The notes: a model not told the origin generated them from the letters alone. Shown: positions 18,963 through 47,394, counted from the stretch's first letter. The stretch is 64,000 nucleotides of DNA from Amoebidium appalachense (GCA_963693365.1 CAVNZM010000008.1:4113810-4177809); one strand, 5' to 3'. Numbers and translations are program-made.

Positions 18963-19267
18963 ATGGAAGATTTAGACTTTATTATGGCGGCACGCGAGAG
19001 TGGCTCGATTTCAGAGGGAAATGTGCAGAGGGAGTGGGTGGATGCACGCCAGCCAAGCGAGGATTTGGCTGACGCGGGGACAGGGGCCGGTGTGGGTGAT
19101 GCCGCGGTGCACCCGACCACGGAAGGTGTGTATGTGTTTTGGCGGTTTTAGGGATCAAGTAAGGTCTGGATGGCCAGAAGAATAAATTTCTGATGGAAGG
19201 TGTTTAACTTTGGAATACTGCTCGGACTTTTTCTCGGTTTTCCTTTTCTTTTTCCTTTTCCTTCATT

Positions 19268-19300
<33 letters not shown>

Positions 19301-19991
19301 GCTGTGGGGAGAAGGGGGGACGTCGGGAGGGGTGGGGGTCCCAGATGGTATGTAGGGAGGGAGGGAGGGGGGTGGGGTATTTGGAGAGGGGGGGAGGGGG
19401 AGGGGGAGGGGGGGGGGGGGGGGGTTCCCCTAGTGAACACATACATGCACACAACCTGCAAACTTGTTAATAAAAACACACACGTGCAAAAATGCCTATG
19501 ATGATTTTATTGAACACCAACACCGGGCCACTGTGCACAGAAACTGCGCGCACATGACGCACATGTGCACATAAATTGCCAAAAGTGGGCCACAAAAGCA
19601 CATACACGTGTACACACACACACACGAGCAACACAAAAACACTAGTAGCGTCAACATGTGCGGACAAGCAAATATAAAAAACACTGTGAAACGTGGGCAC
19701 AAATATGTAAACATGCCTAATGCGTGACTAACACTGGGCCCAATGCACACAGAACACACATAAAGACGTGCACACCGTTACGGTGCACACACTTTTACAG
19801 TGTAAAAACTTCCATGAAGTTGACACGTGCGCGCACCAGTAAAACACCTACCGCGCACACCTTTTTCCTTGGACTGCCACCCATGCACACAAAACTTTGA
19901 ACACAAGCACGTGTGCTGTGCACACACGCTCGCGAACGTCCACACGCACACACACGCACACGCAAACGCACCGTGACACACACACACACAC

Positions 19992-20088
<97 letters not shown>

Positions 20089-20731
20089 CATGCACACATG
20101 TGTGCACGCGCACGCACGGTGAAGGGCGGGTGGTGAGGGGGAGAGGGGGGAGGGGGCACAAACACGGGCGCACAAAGCTACTATAAAAACACATGCACAC
20201 TCACACACAAACACAGGAGTACCGTGACAACTAATCCTTGAACACAACAAACACACACGTGCTGCCAAATCTTCTAGAAGCACAAACTAACATATTCCAA
20301 AGTTTCGTGCATACTATGGCGTTGACCATAAAGGCAACCGTTGTGTGCTTATGTTTTTTTGTGCAGGGATTGGCAGAGGGGCGCTGAGGAGGAAGGGGGG
20401 GGGGGGGACCTTTGAATGTGCTACCACAGTTCGTCTAGATAACTTCAAAGACAGACAAGGCAACAGAGAACCTATATAACCGGTTTGCTAACAACCATTA
20501 CCTCCCCCCCCCCCCCCCCCACCCACCCACCCACCCACCCACTCCAACCCCCCCCCCCCCCCCCCCCCCGACCCACCCACCCACCCACCCACCCAAACCA
20601 ACCCCCCCCCCCCCCCCCCCCCCTCTCCCTCAACCACCACCACCATTACCACACACATACACACACACCCCTCAACCCCACACTGCCAATCCCTAATCAC
20701 ACATGCTGGGATGGAATTGTCCATACTTCCA

Positions 20732-20770
<39 letters not shown>

Positions 20771-20997
20771 CCCTCCTCTCGCCCTCTCCCTTCCATTCTT
20801 CCCACATATGGCATGCAGGCACGAGCCTAAAGGCCAGTCTGGGTGGGTTTGGGGAGACTGGTGACGTCATGGGCATAGCCGATAACCCCCTCTACCGCCG
20901 CGGCACCATCCCAGAGCAGCAGGCCCTTGAGACGGACGGTATTTGGACCCCTTTCCCCCTTCCAGTTTCATATTGCCCCCCCCCCCTATGCATATGA
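18963..20997 (+). CDS. hypothetical spliced protein
   Basis: Exon 18963-19125 (MEDLDFIMAARESG...) joins in phase 1 to an exon starting at 20819 (GTSLKASLGGFGETGDVMGIADNPLYRR...). The 3' end is uncertain and no homology was recognised. Confidence 0.35.
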
Positions 20998-21649
20998 ATA
21001 TTGGGTCCGCACCTTGATATCGGACCCCCCACACCACCTTTCTGCCCAGCGCTTAGGAGCGACATACTGAACCGTGCCCAATCATGAATTAAATCTGTCA
21101 ACGTGTCGTGGTGATGCCTTACTCGTCAAATGTAAAATGGGAAATTCATAGGTCATTATGTCACTGTGACATGTGGCAATTTTTCCAGGTCTATTTCCCA
21201 GGAGAAGATATATTTTTGGGGTATAGAAATGGGTTGGATGTGCTCTTTTTTTTCTCAAGAAACCTTCCGAGTCCTCGGTAGTTACATGCTGGGGAAAAAA
21301 AAAAGGAGGAACGAAAAAAAAAAGGAGATAAAGTAGAGAGTTCAGATCGTTTGAGTTCTATCCCCCCCCCCCCCCCCCCCCCTGCCAGGGCTCTCTCCAT
21401 GCCCTCATAGTGCCTTCTCCGTCCGTTGCATACACTAATCGTCTCCCCCCCCCCCCCCCCCCCCTCTTCTCCCGTTTCCCGGCTCCAAAAGCCCCGAATC
21501 TCTCCAACCCCCCTCCCCCCCCCCCCTCCCCCCCTCCCCCCCCCCCCCCCCCACACACACCACCACCATCTCTCGCCTTCCCTCTGAAGCTCCCCCCCCC
21601 CCCCTCCCCCCCCCCCCTGCCCCCCCTACACACACACACACACACACAT

Positions 21650-21688
<39 letters not shown>

Positions 21689-21720
21689 CCTTTCTCTCCC
21701 TCCGGATTCCCCCATTCCAT

Positions 21721-21767
<47 letters not shown>

Positions 21768-22107
21768 CCCCATGTGGCTTTCTTTTTCCATCTCCCACCT
21801 TCCCCCTTCTCCTTTACCTCCCCTTCACCTCCTCGGGGGGGGGGGGGGGGGAACCCTTACAAACAAAAAAAAAGAACTTGGTCGTTCTCTTGTTGATGAG
21901 GGTGACGACCTCGGAAATGTCGGGGTGGGTGCAGCCGGGGCAGGGGGGTTTGACTTCGAGTCGGGTGCCGTGGGGGGGTTTGGAGACGCCCGGCCCGGAA
22001 ATTTGGGTGTGAAGACGGTGGAGGACAGAGAGAGAGAGGAGAAGGAAGAGGAAGAGATGGGGCTCATGGGTACTCACGGTATGTGCCTGAAAGTTTTTCT
22101 CCCCCCT

Positions 22108-22153
<46 letters not shown>

Positions 22154-22920
22154 CCCCCGCCCTCCTTAGCAATACACTAATATTTCTACCACCGACGCCA
22201 CCACCACCATACGGCCAATGACGCCACCACCACCATACGGCACCACGTGCACCACCACCATACACACACAAACTGTTACACCCATGCATCCAGAGCAGCC
22301 ACGGCTGGTATTAGTACATGCCAACCTATCAACCCATATTTTAAATGGGAAGGAAAAAGTGTTTCTGACAAGGAAAAAAAAAGAAAAAGGATAAATGAGT
22401 TCGAGAACGTATTTTAGTTTTCCGGGATATTCGAATCTAATAATTCTGATCCAGGGGGGGGCATCGGGCTGCCAGATGACGTCCACGCCCAACCCGAAGT
22501 CGACCTCAAGGGGGTGAGGGACACGGCTTGGGATATGTTAGGCTAGAATTCGGAATTTTAGATTGCGGGTTGTGGAACTTCATAGAAAGACCGCAGTCCT
22601 GGAGTAATTTTCAGTATATCCAAAAGTTTGATTTTTGCACTCCGGTTGAAAATATTACTGTTTGTATGTATCAATATCATTTTCAGGGCTTGTGACTTCT
22701 CCAGGGGGAAATTTCATAGGAAGTGAGTGACATATTGTATTGGAGGAGCAAAGGACAAGTGTGATATTTTCCACAAAGTTAGCACTTTTACACAGTACTA
22801 TTCCATAAAGTTATGATATGTCAGTGACAGTGGTGGTTTCTTGTGTATCCATGCACACATACGTGCCGCACTGGCTGGTGACCACACTTCTCATTTCATA
22901 CATTATTCCGAGTCCAGACT

Positions 22921-22967
<47 letters not shown>

Positions 22968-23025
22968 CCCCCTCCCTCTCTCCCCAATTGCAGCGGGGTG
23001 TGTGTGAGTGTGTGTGCGCGCGTGC

Positions 23026-23070
<45 letters not shown>

Positions 23071-23086
23071 GTGTGCGCATGCGTGT

Positions 23087-23128
<42 letters not shown>

Positions 23129-23161
23129 CAGTGTGTGTGTGTGTATGTGTGCGTGTGTGTG

Positions 23162-23205
<44 letters not shown>

Positions 23206-23941
23206 GCCATTTGGGGCGGGGGGGGGGGGGGGGGGGGGGGGGGGGAGGGGGGCTGTCTTGCTGGACACAGGTTTTCCCCAGGAACAAACACTTTATGATT
23301 TAATTTCGCATTACCTCCTACTAAAAAAAGGGTTTGCATACATCTAAAACAGCCAATTATTACTGTGAATTCTGCCCTAGATCAAGGGGTTAAGCATTGA
23401 CAAAACCCCCGTTCGGCTTTCGAAAAGGTGTGTAGGTGGAGTCCATTGATCTTTGGATGTGTGGTAAAGAGCCCATTACAGCTTGAATATACCTGCGTGA
23501 TAGATTTGACAGTGTAAACAAATTATTACAGTTTAGCGCTTTCGGGGTATTCTATAACATCATTCCCTTTACTAGAAATACACTGTTACAACTAACAAGC
23601 TGCTACCTGTATCATGGCATACGAAAACTGAGCATTTAACAAACACGTGACTGGTCAACTTTTCACATGTGACGATTGCCATAAGAACTCCCCCCCCCCC
23701 CCCCCTCCCCCCCCCCCCCCCTCCTCCCCTTTTTCTCCCTGCACCCCTGCATTTTCAGGAGGAGGGGAGGAAAAAAAAGAAGAAAAAAAAAAGAAAAAAA
23801 AAAAAAAGAAAAAAAGAAAGAAAAAAAAAACTCGTCAATGCTGACACATTCAATGTGAGGGCACGAAAATGTTCTTCCTCCCCCCCCCCCTCACCCTCCC
23901 CCCCCCCCCCCCCCCCCCCCCCATCTACGATCTACGATCAC

Positions 23942-29567
<5,626 letters not shown>

Positions 29568-29692
29568 ATTGCTGACTTGCAATTGTTCCAGCATTCAATC
29601 GGCGTTTCAATAGCTGATGATAGGGATGGGGTGAGGCACACAGGCCGGCATTTATCAACTAGGCAAAAGTCACAGGGGAAGAGATCCTGGTG

Positions 29693-29788
<96 letters not shown>

Positions 29789-29968
29789 CGTGTGTGTGTG
29801 TGCGTGTATGCGTGTGTGTGTATGTGTGTTTGTTTTTGTGTGTGTGTGTGTGTGTGTGTGTCCATGTGTGCGCGGGCGTGTGTGTGGGCGTGTGTGTCCG
29901 TCTGTGCTTGTGTGTGTGTGTGTGTGTGTGTGTGTTTGTGTGTGTTTGTGTGTTTGTGTGTGTGTATG

Positions 29969-30036
<68 letters not shown>

Positions 30037-31378
30037 TGTGTGTGTGTGTTTGTTTATGTGAGCAGAAGCATGGAACGTCCTGACTGCACCATTAAATGCT
30101 GCCGTAAGATCCCATCCACTCTGACTGGGGTCTCAGATGATGTAATGATATCTTCAAGGGTAGGAGGTGCATGGGATCAAAACCTCTTATTGACAAAGCT
30201 TCTGCACGGATCCTAAAAACAAGGACTTTCTCAAAAGATAGATGGCGAAAATGTGTCTTAAGTGTATGAGGTTATGTAGATGTATGTGTTCGCATCGAGG
30301 GGGTCTTGACGTTGGTGTGGATCCACCGCGGGATGGGATCGGGTTTGGGTCGAGGAAGAGTGGTGTTGGTACCGGTGGTGGTGGTGGTGGGCCACCACGG
30401 GGACAGGGCGGGAAGGGAGGGAGGGAGGGGGGGATGTGCTCCAAACCTATGTCACTGTGTATCCCATAGCTATCTATTATAGTTTCTCTGAGTTAATCAT
30501 TTTGTTGTGCAAGTTCGGAACTTAGATGAGCTACCAACCACTTGGCTTGGGATGGACTTTGACGGACTCTGTCTGTGCTACCCTGGTGCACGCCCCCCTA
30601 GCCCCTCTCCCTCCCTCCCGCCCTCCTTCCCTCCCTCCCCCCCCCCTCTCCCTCCCTCCCTTCCCCCCCTTCCCCTCCCTCTTCCCGCGACTTCCTCCCC
30701 CTCTACCCCCTCCCCCGTCTCCCCCTCCCCGTCTCCCCCCCTCCGTCTTATCCTTCCTCGCCCCCTCCCCTCCCCCCGCTCCCCGCCCCTCCCCCCCTTC
30801 CCCCTCCATCCCTTCCCTCCACCCCTCCTCATTCCCTTCCCTATCTACCTACCTCCCTCCCTGCCTCCCCTCCCTCCCTCCCTCCCTCCCTCCCTCCCTC
30901 GCTCTCAGCCCCACAACATCATTACCGTAAACCAGGAAGCTTACCTAATGTGTAATAAGACGAGTGTCGACTTTTCAACTTCCCTCGAGTTGGATCTCTG
31001 GATCCAGGCGAATCTCAAACCATACTGCGTCGTCTGTCAACAACAGGTGCTGGTCTTGCAAACGTACCTGCCATAGAGCATTGTCCTATCATCACTTGCC
31101 ATATATAAAATGAAGGCAAATGGCAACTGATCATGAAGACGAACCTGAAAACAGCCAGCATACATATGATTTGTAAAATTTGGTCAGAACCCAGGGAAGT
31201 TTTGTGGGGATTGCGGGATATGTATTGGACGAGATAACTGATGAAATATCCGACTGTTGGTCCAAGGGGGTTAAGGTGTTGTCGTTCTCTGTCCAGATAC
31301 ACCCGCAAAAATACTTATACACTTGTAGCCCTGCCCGATGCCCCGTTCTAAGCAAACTTCATTATGGGAAAAAAAAAA

Positions 31379-31436
<58 letters not shown>

Positions 31437-32772
31437 TGCTTGATATGCCGTACCAACGCAGCAACGAGAACTTGGGGAAAAGACTATCTATCCACCCCTC
31501 CTTCTATGACGTCACAAGAGAGGGCTATGTACGTCGATATCGATGGTTGTCTGCTTCCAGATCTGGACCAATGAAACGAAATTTTAATCCTACTGTTGAT
31601 ACGAGACTTTTTATTAATTAGAAATCATTGGTGTGTGGAAAGTGAGTCTGCAAACAAAAAGAAAAAAAAAAAAAAAAAAAGAAGTGGGTCTATTTGAAGG
31701 GCGTTTTCACAGCATTGTGTTTCTTGGTGTCTAGTGTGGAGACCTAATAATAGCTAATATTAGCACCAAGTATCTGAGTGTGTCCTGCGCAGTGAAGTGT
31801 TTCCACGTGTTTTTGGGCTTTAGATAACCAACACCGTGTCATGTGTGTCTTCAGCGCGAAATTTCAACGAAGATTCAGAAATTATTAATTACTATCACGG
31901 GTCGAGCCCTAGATATAACAACACCATGCGTACACATGCGCAACTTAGTATTTATTGATCCGAAATTCCCATGATATCCATATGCGGTCACTATGCGAGC
32001 AATAAATACACGCGCGTATGCAATCTTCCCACTTTGCATGCTGCACATTAGAGTGGGATACACGACACTTTAAGAATTTGGCAATAAACATGCACGTGAT
32101 ATACAAAGATATGTACAATAGAAAAAAAACCCCCCGGGATATTCTTAATGTTCCGAGGGAAAATTTAGCTGACAGATAACAAGAAAAAAGCAGGTGATAC
32201 TAGGTAAATATACTTGGATATACCTAAGCAAAAATATATCTAAGAAGTTGCAAAGTAAACAAGGGCATAAAAGCATGGATAACCATATGCATGTCGACAT
32301 ACTGGAAATATATACAAGCTGAAGTGTGTCTCAGTGCACGCAAATTGGCATACTTTTATCATTGCAAGGGTAACCGTTGTCATAGGTTGAAGAAAATGGG
32401 TGGGTATACGTCTGCTAATTCGAAAGTCATAATGTACACAAATCATATGAATTATTGTGCGGGGAAACAACAACAATGCATGTTCTAACGTACACAAAGG
32501 GTCTTTTGCTAAGTATTCACTTATCTATTTATTGAATATTTGCCTCACATGTGAGGGTAGGAAAACAACGGCGTACGTAAACATGAGTGCTATTATTGCG
32601 AAATGATGCTAAGATTAACCATACATCAGGGGGAATGGGAACTCCGGGAATGAACATCCCAGCGTCGAAAAATAGATATCTCATTCAATGATAAGTAATC
32701 ACAAGTATCTTAATGTTTCATATTTCGTCTATCTCGAGAAAAATGATATCACCCTAAATCTGTAAATTCTTC

Positions 32773-40746
<7,974 letters not shown>

Positions 40747-42118
40747 TTTTGCTAAGCTGCTGTAACAATATTCTTTAATCTAACCGTGGCATGTCAAGAA
40801 GTAAAAGTGATGTTGGATAGTTTGTCGATGTTTGATGCGAACGTTAATTCCGTATGTTTTAGGTGAGATGTGGCTTTCGGCCGATGTTCATCACCTGCCA
40901 TCACGATTACACTTGTTTCTCTTACGTGCTAATGCGTTGATGTTTGCTTCTTTTTAACCACTAAGCTCATTCCCTCCTACCTACACGCTACTCTCCAATA
41001 TTGGAGCCACTGTGCTCTATATGTGTACATAGTTTAGAAATGAACCAACCGAACGCCTCCGTCGAGCGCTAGCGAGCGGCGCAGCGCGCAAAGCCGCATG
41101 CAAGAAAAAGTTTTTATCCTAGATATCTTGAGGGTGGGATAGTTAAGTTATGTCTGAAGACCACCAAGGCCCTTCATACAGTTTTAGTATAGCAATGTAT
41201 CCTCTAGAGAAAAAATAAAATACTGACACAACACATTTATTGTTAGATTTACAAAAAAAAAGAAATAAAAAAATAACATATGCCTAAGTGCCGTGGTTAT
41301 GTGGTTATATCCAGAATATCCCAGAGGTCAGCTTCGTAAGAATCGGACCCCCCCGGGCCTCAAGGTCCCCCCTGAGAAGTCCGGCCCCACCCGAGCCCTC
41401 CTCAAGGGGGTCACAACAGGGTATCTCCTCAAATTTGCATGAAGAACAAATTTATCTTATGATCCTCATATCCTCGCCCATAGGTAAGTAATCCAACATG
41501 ACCAACAGAAATGTAGCCATTTAAAAAAATAAACGAATAAAATATTGTTTTAGTTGTATGTATCTATAGCTATATAGATACGCAGATTTGCAAGCTATTA
41601 CACTTATGGTGAAGGTGATGGTAAAAAGTACAAAAACTTGAAAATTCGCAATCTGGAGAGCACAAAGTACGAGTCACCATGGGTGTTGGGAGGTCGTTCC
41701 GTATGTGCGCCCGATTGGATTCGATGGTGACCTTTCATTGGCTGTAGATTGGTGATGTTGGTTGATACGATAACAATGGAGTACACATACACATAAAGTC
41801 TTGAACTGAACATTGTCCATCGCTGTCCAAAAAATTCATGAAAGCTAATGATATGTCTAAACATGATACCGTGCCTCAAAATTTACGTACTTGTACGACA
41901 TTTTTTTTCTCCTTTTGACTGGATTTATTCGACGGAAAGATATGCAAGTATGCACGGCATACTGAGAAGACAATAAAAACTTCACGAGATTTCTATTCAT
42001 TAAATGTGGTGCATTAGCGCAAGATCATTGGATGTTTTGTTGTTGAGGAATCTAACCGATCTTTAAAAATCCCGTTTCTTGCCCTGAATATATCATCCGG
42101 GATATATTACGAAAAATA

Positions 42119-43449
42119 AGCCACAGGCTACATGACCACCAAAATAACCGACTTCGAAAGAGCCACAGCGATGAAATAAAAAATAAAACAACAAGTGACC
42201 AAAGGACACCAGCGGGCCATGGGCACTGGTACAAGTGCACGTGTACGCGTGAAACTAGTTTGCTCCAACTAGTCAAATGCAGCGATGATGACCAGGCCAC
42301 ACTCCGCAAGAAGTCTTAGTCACTAGACATCATTACTGCTTGCCCCCCAACAGACCCCCCTCAAAACCTACCGGGGCACAGCAAGCGACAGCCCTTTAAA
42401 GAGCAATGCAGACCAAATCCGAGCGAGAAAACAATCCCCACGGGCCCGTCCCCTAGAAAACCCGCAGAAGCTGTCTCTAACTCTTTGATAAGGTGGCCTA
42501 GTTGTGGCAGGACACAGGAAAACACAACTACAGAATGCAATGCGCGCCATGCAAGCAAACCCAGTCATTGCCATACTGCTAAAGGCTGAAAACACGGCAG
42601 CCACAAGGAAAGCACCTCGACGACCCTGAATATCACAAGATATATCAAAAGTATCTCGATTTTGACCTGAATATCAACTTGAATATCCCAGGGAAGGGAT
42701 CCGACTCAGGGGAACGTGACACTGTGTGTGTGTAGACGTGCGGCCTTGCAATTGTCTATTCCTACTGCAGCTGTGAGAGTGTGGGGACATCTCCCTTCTG
42801 CGGAGTTTCTCGCTTGAGGAGTGGTTTCTTCAACATCTGGTGGCCCACTGCAACTTACGGTGACTTCTACTCGCTATCTACGCTTCTACGCGAGCTATTG
42901 GCGGTGGGCTGCTGCAACTTCTTCAACTGCTTCTGCGCTGCGTGAGTGGAGGGGTAGCTATTGGGTCGTCGAGGAGCTTTCCTTGTGGCTGCCGTGTTTT
43001 CAGCCTTCAGCAGTATGGCAATGACTGGGTTTGCTTGCATGCATTCTGTAGTTGTGTTTTCCTGTGTGTCCTGCCACAATAAGACCACCTTATCAAGGAG
43101 TTAGAGACAGCTTCTGCGGGTTAACGTTTTCTAGGGGACGGGCCCGTGGGCCCATTGTTTTCTCGTTTGGATTTGGTCTGCATTGCTCTTTAAGGGCTGA
43201 CTTGCTTGCTGTGCCCCGGTAGGTTTGAGAGGGGCCTGTTGGAGGGCAGCAGTAATGATGTCTTCTTGCGGGGTGTGGCCTGGTCATCATCGCTGCATAT
43301 GACTAGTTGGAGCAAACTAGTTTCACGCATACACGTGCACTTGTACCTTTGCCCGCTGGTGTCCTTTGGTCACTTGTTGTTTTATTTTTTATTTCATCGC
43401 TGTGGCTCTTTCGAAGTCGGTTATTTTGGTGGTCATGTAGCCTGTGGCT
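42119..43449. repeat. long imperfect inverted repeat (arms ~42119-42626 and ~42963-43449)
   Basis: agccacaggctacatgaccaccaaaataaccgacttcgaaag... is mirrored by ...ctttcgaagtcggttattttggtggtcatgtagcctgtggct. The arms are colinear over ~500 bp with small indels. Confidence 0.9.
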
Positions 43450-43912
43450 GCACGTTGCCTTCATATCCACTGGACCACTGATCAATAAATCCCAGTCAAG
43501 AGAAAAAAAATATCCCGGTTTTTTGCCCTAAATATCACGAATATTATCTCTACTTTTACCCAAATAAGAAAATAAACGGGATTTTGTTCCGATTTCCGCT
43601 ATTTTTGTGAGATCCCTTCAGGGAGCATATATATACCCCAAGGTTGTCAATCAAAGAGCAATCCGAAGCAATCCGGTCGCTTTTAGACCCTTTAAATTTT
43701 AGAGGCTAAAACAAAAGATTTGGTAGTGCAGGAGGTGCAAAATATGAGTTTTCTGTAACATTTTGTTGAGTTTTTCACATATTATAACATTAAAAGCAAG
43801 GGATATATCCCGTTTTAAAGGCCGGGATTTATCGTGCCCCGAAAGATATTTATGGTGTATCATTGCTCTGCTTACACACTTTTTATTGCGTGGACACTGC
43901 CGGAGGCCCAGG

Positions 43913-46900
43913 CAAGGCCTCCTAAATACCACACCGGGCCGAGGCACGCAATAGACTAATACTCCAGATTACGTGTAAAGAGTAGGGTGATCGAACACTG
44001 AAATCTTACGTGCCCCTCCGGGGTCTCCTACATCAGACTAATTTTAGTGCAAAACTTGTGCAAACATTACGCTAAACTACCAGACGCAATCATCACTGCC
44101 TATAACTGCCTAAGTCTCACACAACGCACCCAGTGCGTCGTCGTTCAAAAACGAGAAAACGTCGAAGTCCTCCTCCTCGAGCACAGCCTCCACGTCGTCG
44201 CTGGCGCTGGGGCCGTCGTCCGCGGCGTGCGCCGCCAATAAACCGGTTGATGCACCCTCGTATTTCTTGGTTTGCCGGTTTGGCTTGTTGGTTGGTGTTT
44301 TCTTTTTCGCGTTGCGTTCCTTGGTGTAGTTGTTGAGCAAAATGTTGGTCATTCTCATGGCGATGCCGTCGAGGTACTGCGCCGTGTCCTCCCCGCACTC
44401 CTCACAAGTAATGCCTCGAATTGTCTCTGTCTCCGGCCGGCTCTTGGCGTGCTGAACCGCGAGCGTGTGAACCAGCAGGCGGTGGGAGCCGGCGTGCAGA
44501 AACTTGCCCTCCAGCTCCTTGCTGGTGAGGCACTCCATCACGCGCACAGTGGTCTCCGCGACCACATAGGCCGCGTAGGAGGGAGTAGAAAGCCCCCCAC
44601 GGTCGATGGCCTCCAGGTATGACGTGTCGATGACGTCCGGCCCAAGCTGGGCTCTGACGCTGGCTGGGATCTCCACCACCAGGCGGCGGCTGCTGAACAA
44701 GCGCCCACGGCACTGCTTGCAGCTGCAGCCCCGCCCCGTCTTGAAGCAGGCATAGCCGGCGAGAAAGACGACCACGCTCTTGTTGGGGACGGTGATGGCA
44801 GCCAACAGAGCGCCAATGCTGGAGAAGGGCTGCAGCAGAACGTCCAGTTCCACGGCAGGCTTGGCCAGCAGGGTAGTCTCGTTGAACTTGACGGCCTGCT
44901 TGAGAGTGCTGATGCCCACGGCCTTGCCCGTGCCCCGGCGGAACGTGAAGAGGTTGATGAGCCGGATGCGCCGCTCAGACTCAAGCACCTGTTCAATATC
45001 ACACCTTCCGTTAGCTTGGCATTATCCTGATTTACAACTGTGCAGATGAAGAGCACCGCACAGACCATAAATAGTTGCCAGCTGCAGCCGGCTGATTTGG
45101 GTGTTTGCAAGTTAATGCAATGCTTGTGTCGGTAAGGAGGGGATCTGGGAAATGGAGGTGGAAAAGGGAGGGGGGTGAAGGGGGGGGGGGGGGGGGGGGA
45201 GGATTACTTCTTTTGGCATTTGGTGTTTAAAGAAGGAAGGTGGGGGTAAGCCTTCTAGGATCCGAAAAAAAAGGAGGGGGGGGGGGGGGGGGGGGGAAGA
45301 GAGAGTAGGGGAAAAGGGAGGGGGTGGGGGGGTGGATGGTGGTGGTGTTGGTGGTGTTGGTTGGGAACGAGGGGGAGGGGGGAGGGGGAGGGACTCTTAA
45401 AAATTGTCTCAGAAAAAAAGGAGTGGGGGGAGGAGGAAGGGGGGGGGGGGGGGGGGAGAACAAGGGTGGAGGGAAGAGGCTACCTGGCGGGTGGAAATGT
45501 GGTAATTGCCTCCGTTCATTTCCCTGTAGTGTCCAAACCGACCCTCCAACTGGTCGGTCATAATCTTGCCCAGAAGAACGTAGACCCAGTTGAGGTCGTC
45601 CTTTAGATACTCCACAAGGGCTATCTGCAAACATTTAAAACCCGAGTGTTAAGGATAGTTTCCCAAAAAAAAAGGTGGCCCAGAGTGCATAACCAACGTG
45701 CTTATCGAAGCACAAAGGTTGAGTGCACGGGTGCCCACTGATCACACAATGGCCCAGCATAAAACGGGAAAGGGGGGGGGGGGGGGGGGGGGGCGAGAAG
45801 GGAGGGTGTGTGGGGGGGGGAGGGGGGGGGGAATAGAGAGAGAGCGTGTGTGTGAGAGAGAGGGGGGGAGGGAGAGGGGGGGGGGGGAGAGAGGGGGGGG
45901 GGGGGGGGGGAGAGGAGAGAGAGAGAGAGAGAGCTAGAGAGAGAGAGCTCGAACCATGATCAACACTGCAGCAGGCCATTGCAAAACAGTATGCATGAGG
46001 ACTACTGTATGAGAGGAGGGGGGGGGGGGGGGGGGGACAAACACAGACGGTGTGTGCACAACAGGCACTGCAGAAAGGTTATGATCAACAGTTACCACTG
46101 CCCCCACAAAGGGAAAGGGCACCCCGCCGGGAAATGACGGGGTAACTGTTGTCAGCAGTACCGCTTGTATGCTTTCACTGCTCGCTTGTGTGACTTGCCA
46201 GAGCCCCAGCGTGCCTACGCTATTTAGACGGTCTAAGAAGTTGTCGCACAACTCGCTGAACGAGTGTATGGTGTCAAGTTGTTCTAGCCGGGCCTTCTCA
46301 GCCTCTTCCTGGAGCTTTGCTCGTTTGTTTTGCTCTTCTCGTCTATCCTCTGGGTTTCTCCTGGGTGTCTTTTCCTCTATAACTATATTCAGTTCTGTGT
46401 TGAAAATGCAAGGAATCTGATTCTCTTTGCACCTCGGGTGGGAATGTTTAATAAACCGAGATATATCTGTTTTAGGATCTTTGTAGTCAAAACCTAGGTC
46501 AAGTTGTTCGGGCCTAAAATGTTTGATACAAATACCTATACAGCTTGTGTTACTATTTACCGTTAAGTCTTGGCGTTTGCAGAAACTGACCCACTTGTGA
46601 AAACGCTCCGGCTCTTTAGTTTTGTTAGGAAAAGCAAAACAAGATGCACTCTCGTTCCCTTTGTAATTAGTTGTGCAGCCGTAGACAGCACAAGATCTTG
46701 GCATCTGCGTAGCGGCTGGGCGTGGCCAAAGTGGCACTGCCCAGCCTTTTTTATATATAATGCAGGAGCACTTCACGTAAAGTGGTGGCAAAGAAATAGT
46801 TACTTTTCCATGTGTAGCAGCAACACAAGCGGCCGGCACACAGCCCCCTAGATCACAACGAGAGATCGATGGGGATTGATGAAATAATTGTACTTACGTC

Positions 46901-47323
46901 AACTTAAAGTCTTAACCCCTTAAAATAACTCCCTAAAATATTTTAAACGCCAAAAAAAACGGCATAAACCATTTAAATGTTACATAAATGAGCGCTTTGA
47001 TGTATTTGTTATTTCATAAAGCTATTAAAACAGACTAGATACTAATATTGTTGGTTTTGCCTTATCCTTAATGTTGGTACCCCACAATTTCCCGAGTATA
47101 CAAAGAACACCAAAAGCCCGCCATTTGCTGTATTGTCCAATCAATAAATGGCAGTCAAAAACCTCCTATCCAATCGAAATCGCCTTTACTGGGTTTCGCG
47201 CGTTCCTCAGTTGGCCAATCATTTCGCTGATCTCGGCTGGAAGCTAACCCTACTCTTGATGACGTCACCTCTCATATGTGACGACCCCGTGCCTCGGCCC
47301 GGTGTGGTATTTAGGAGGCCTTG
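43913..47323 (-). mobile_element. P-superfamily DNA transposon, internally deleted (3411 bp)
   Basis: Perfect 36-bp TIRs (caaggcctcctaaataccacaccgggccgaggcacg) at 43913-43948 and 47288-47323. 8-bp TSD ggcccagg at 43905-43912 and 47324-47331. Contains THAP and transposase exons. Confidence 0.95.
44110..46704 (-). pseudogene. P-element/THAP9-like transposase lacking its central catalytic and GTP-binding region
   Basis: THAP finger (MPRSCAVYGC...FAFP...W...ICIKHF...P) from 46704. Exon 45624-45484 has LGKIMTDQLEGRFGHYREMNGGNYHISTRQ. Exon 44988-44110 has VLESERRIRL...FLAGY..CSCKQC...RGGLSTPS. There is no space for the middle several hundred aa. Confidence 0.85.
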
Positions 47324-47394
47324 GGCCCAGGTGCACATTCGACGGCCTACTGCGTTTTCCAGCACAGCCAATCAAATGCAGCCAGTGACATATG

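Noticed and set aside
21814-22800. Ser/Pro-rich minus-strand ORFs downstream of the kelch gene
   Set aside because: The composition is explained by low complexity and there is no consistent model.
30060-31620. Coding-like fragments (e.g. MYVDIDGCLL)
   Set aside because: They are short, interrupted and could not be assembled into a gene model.
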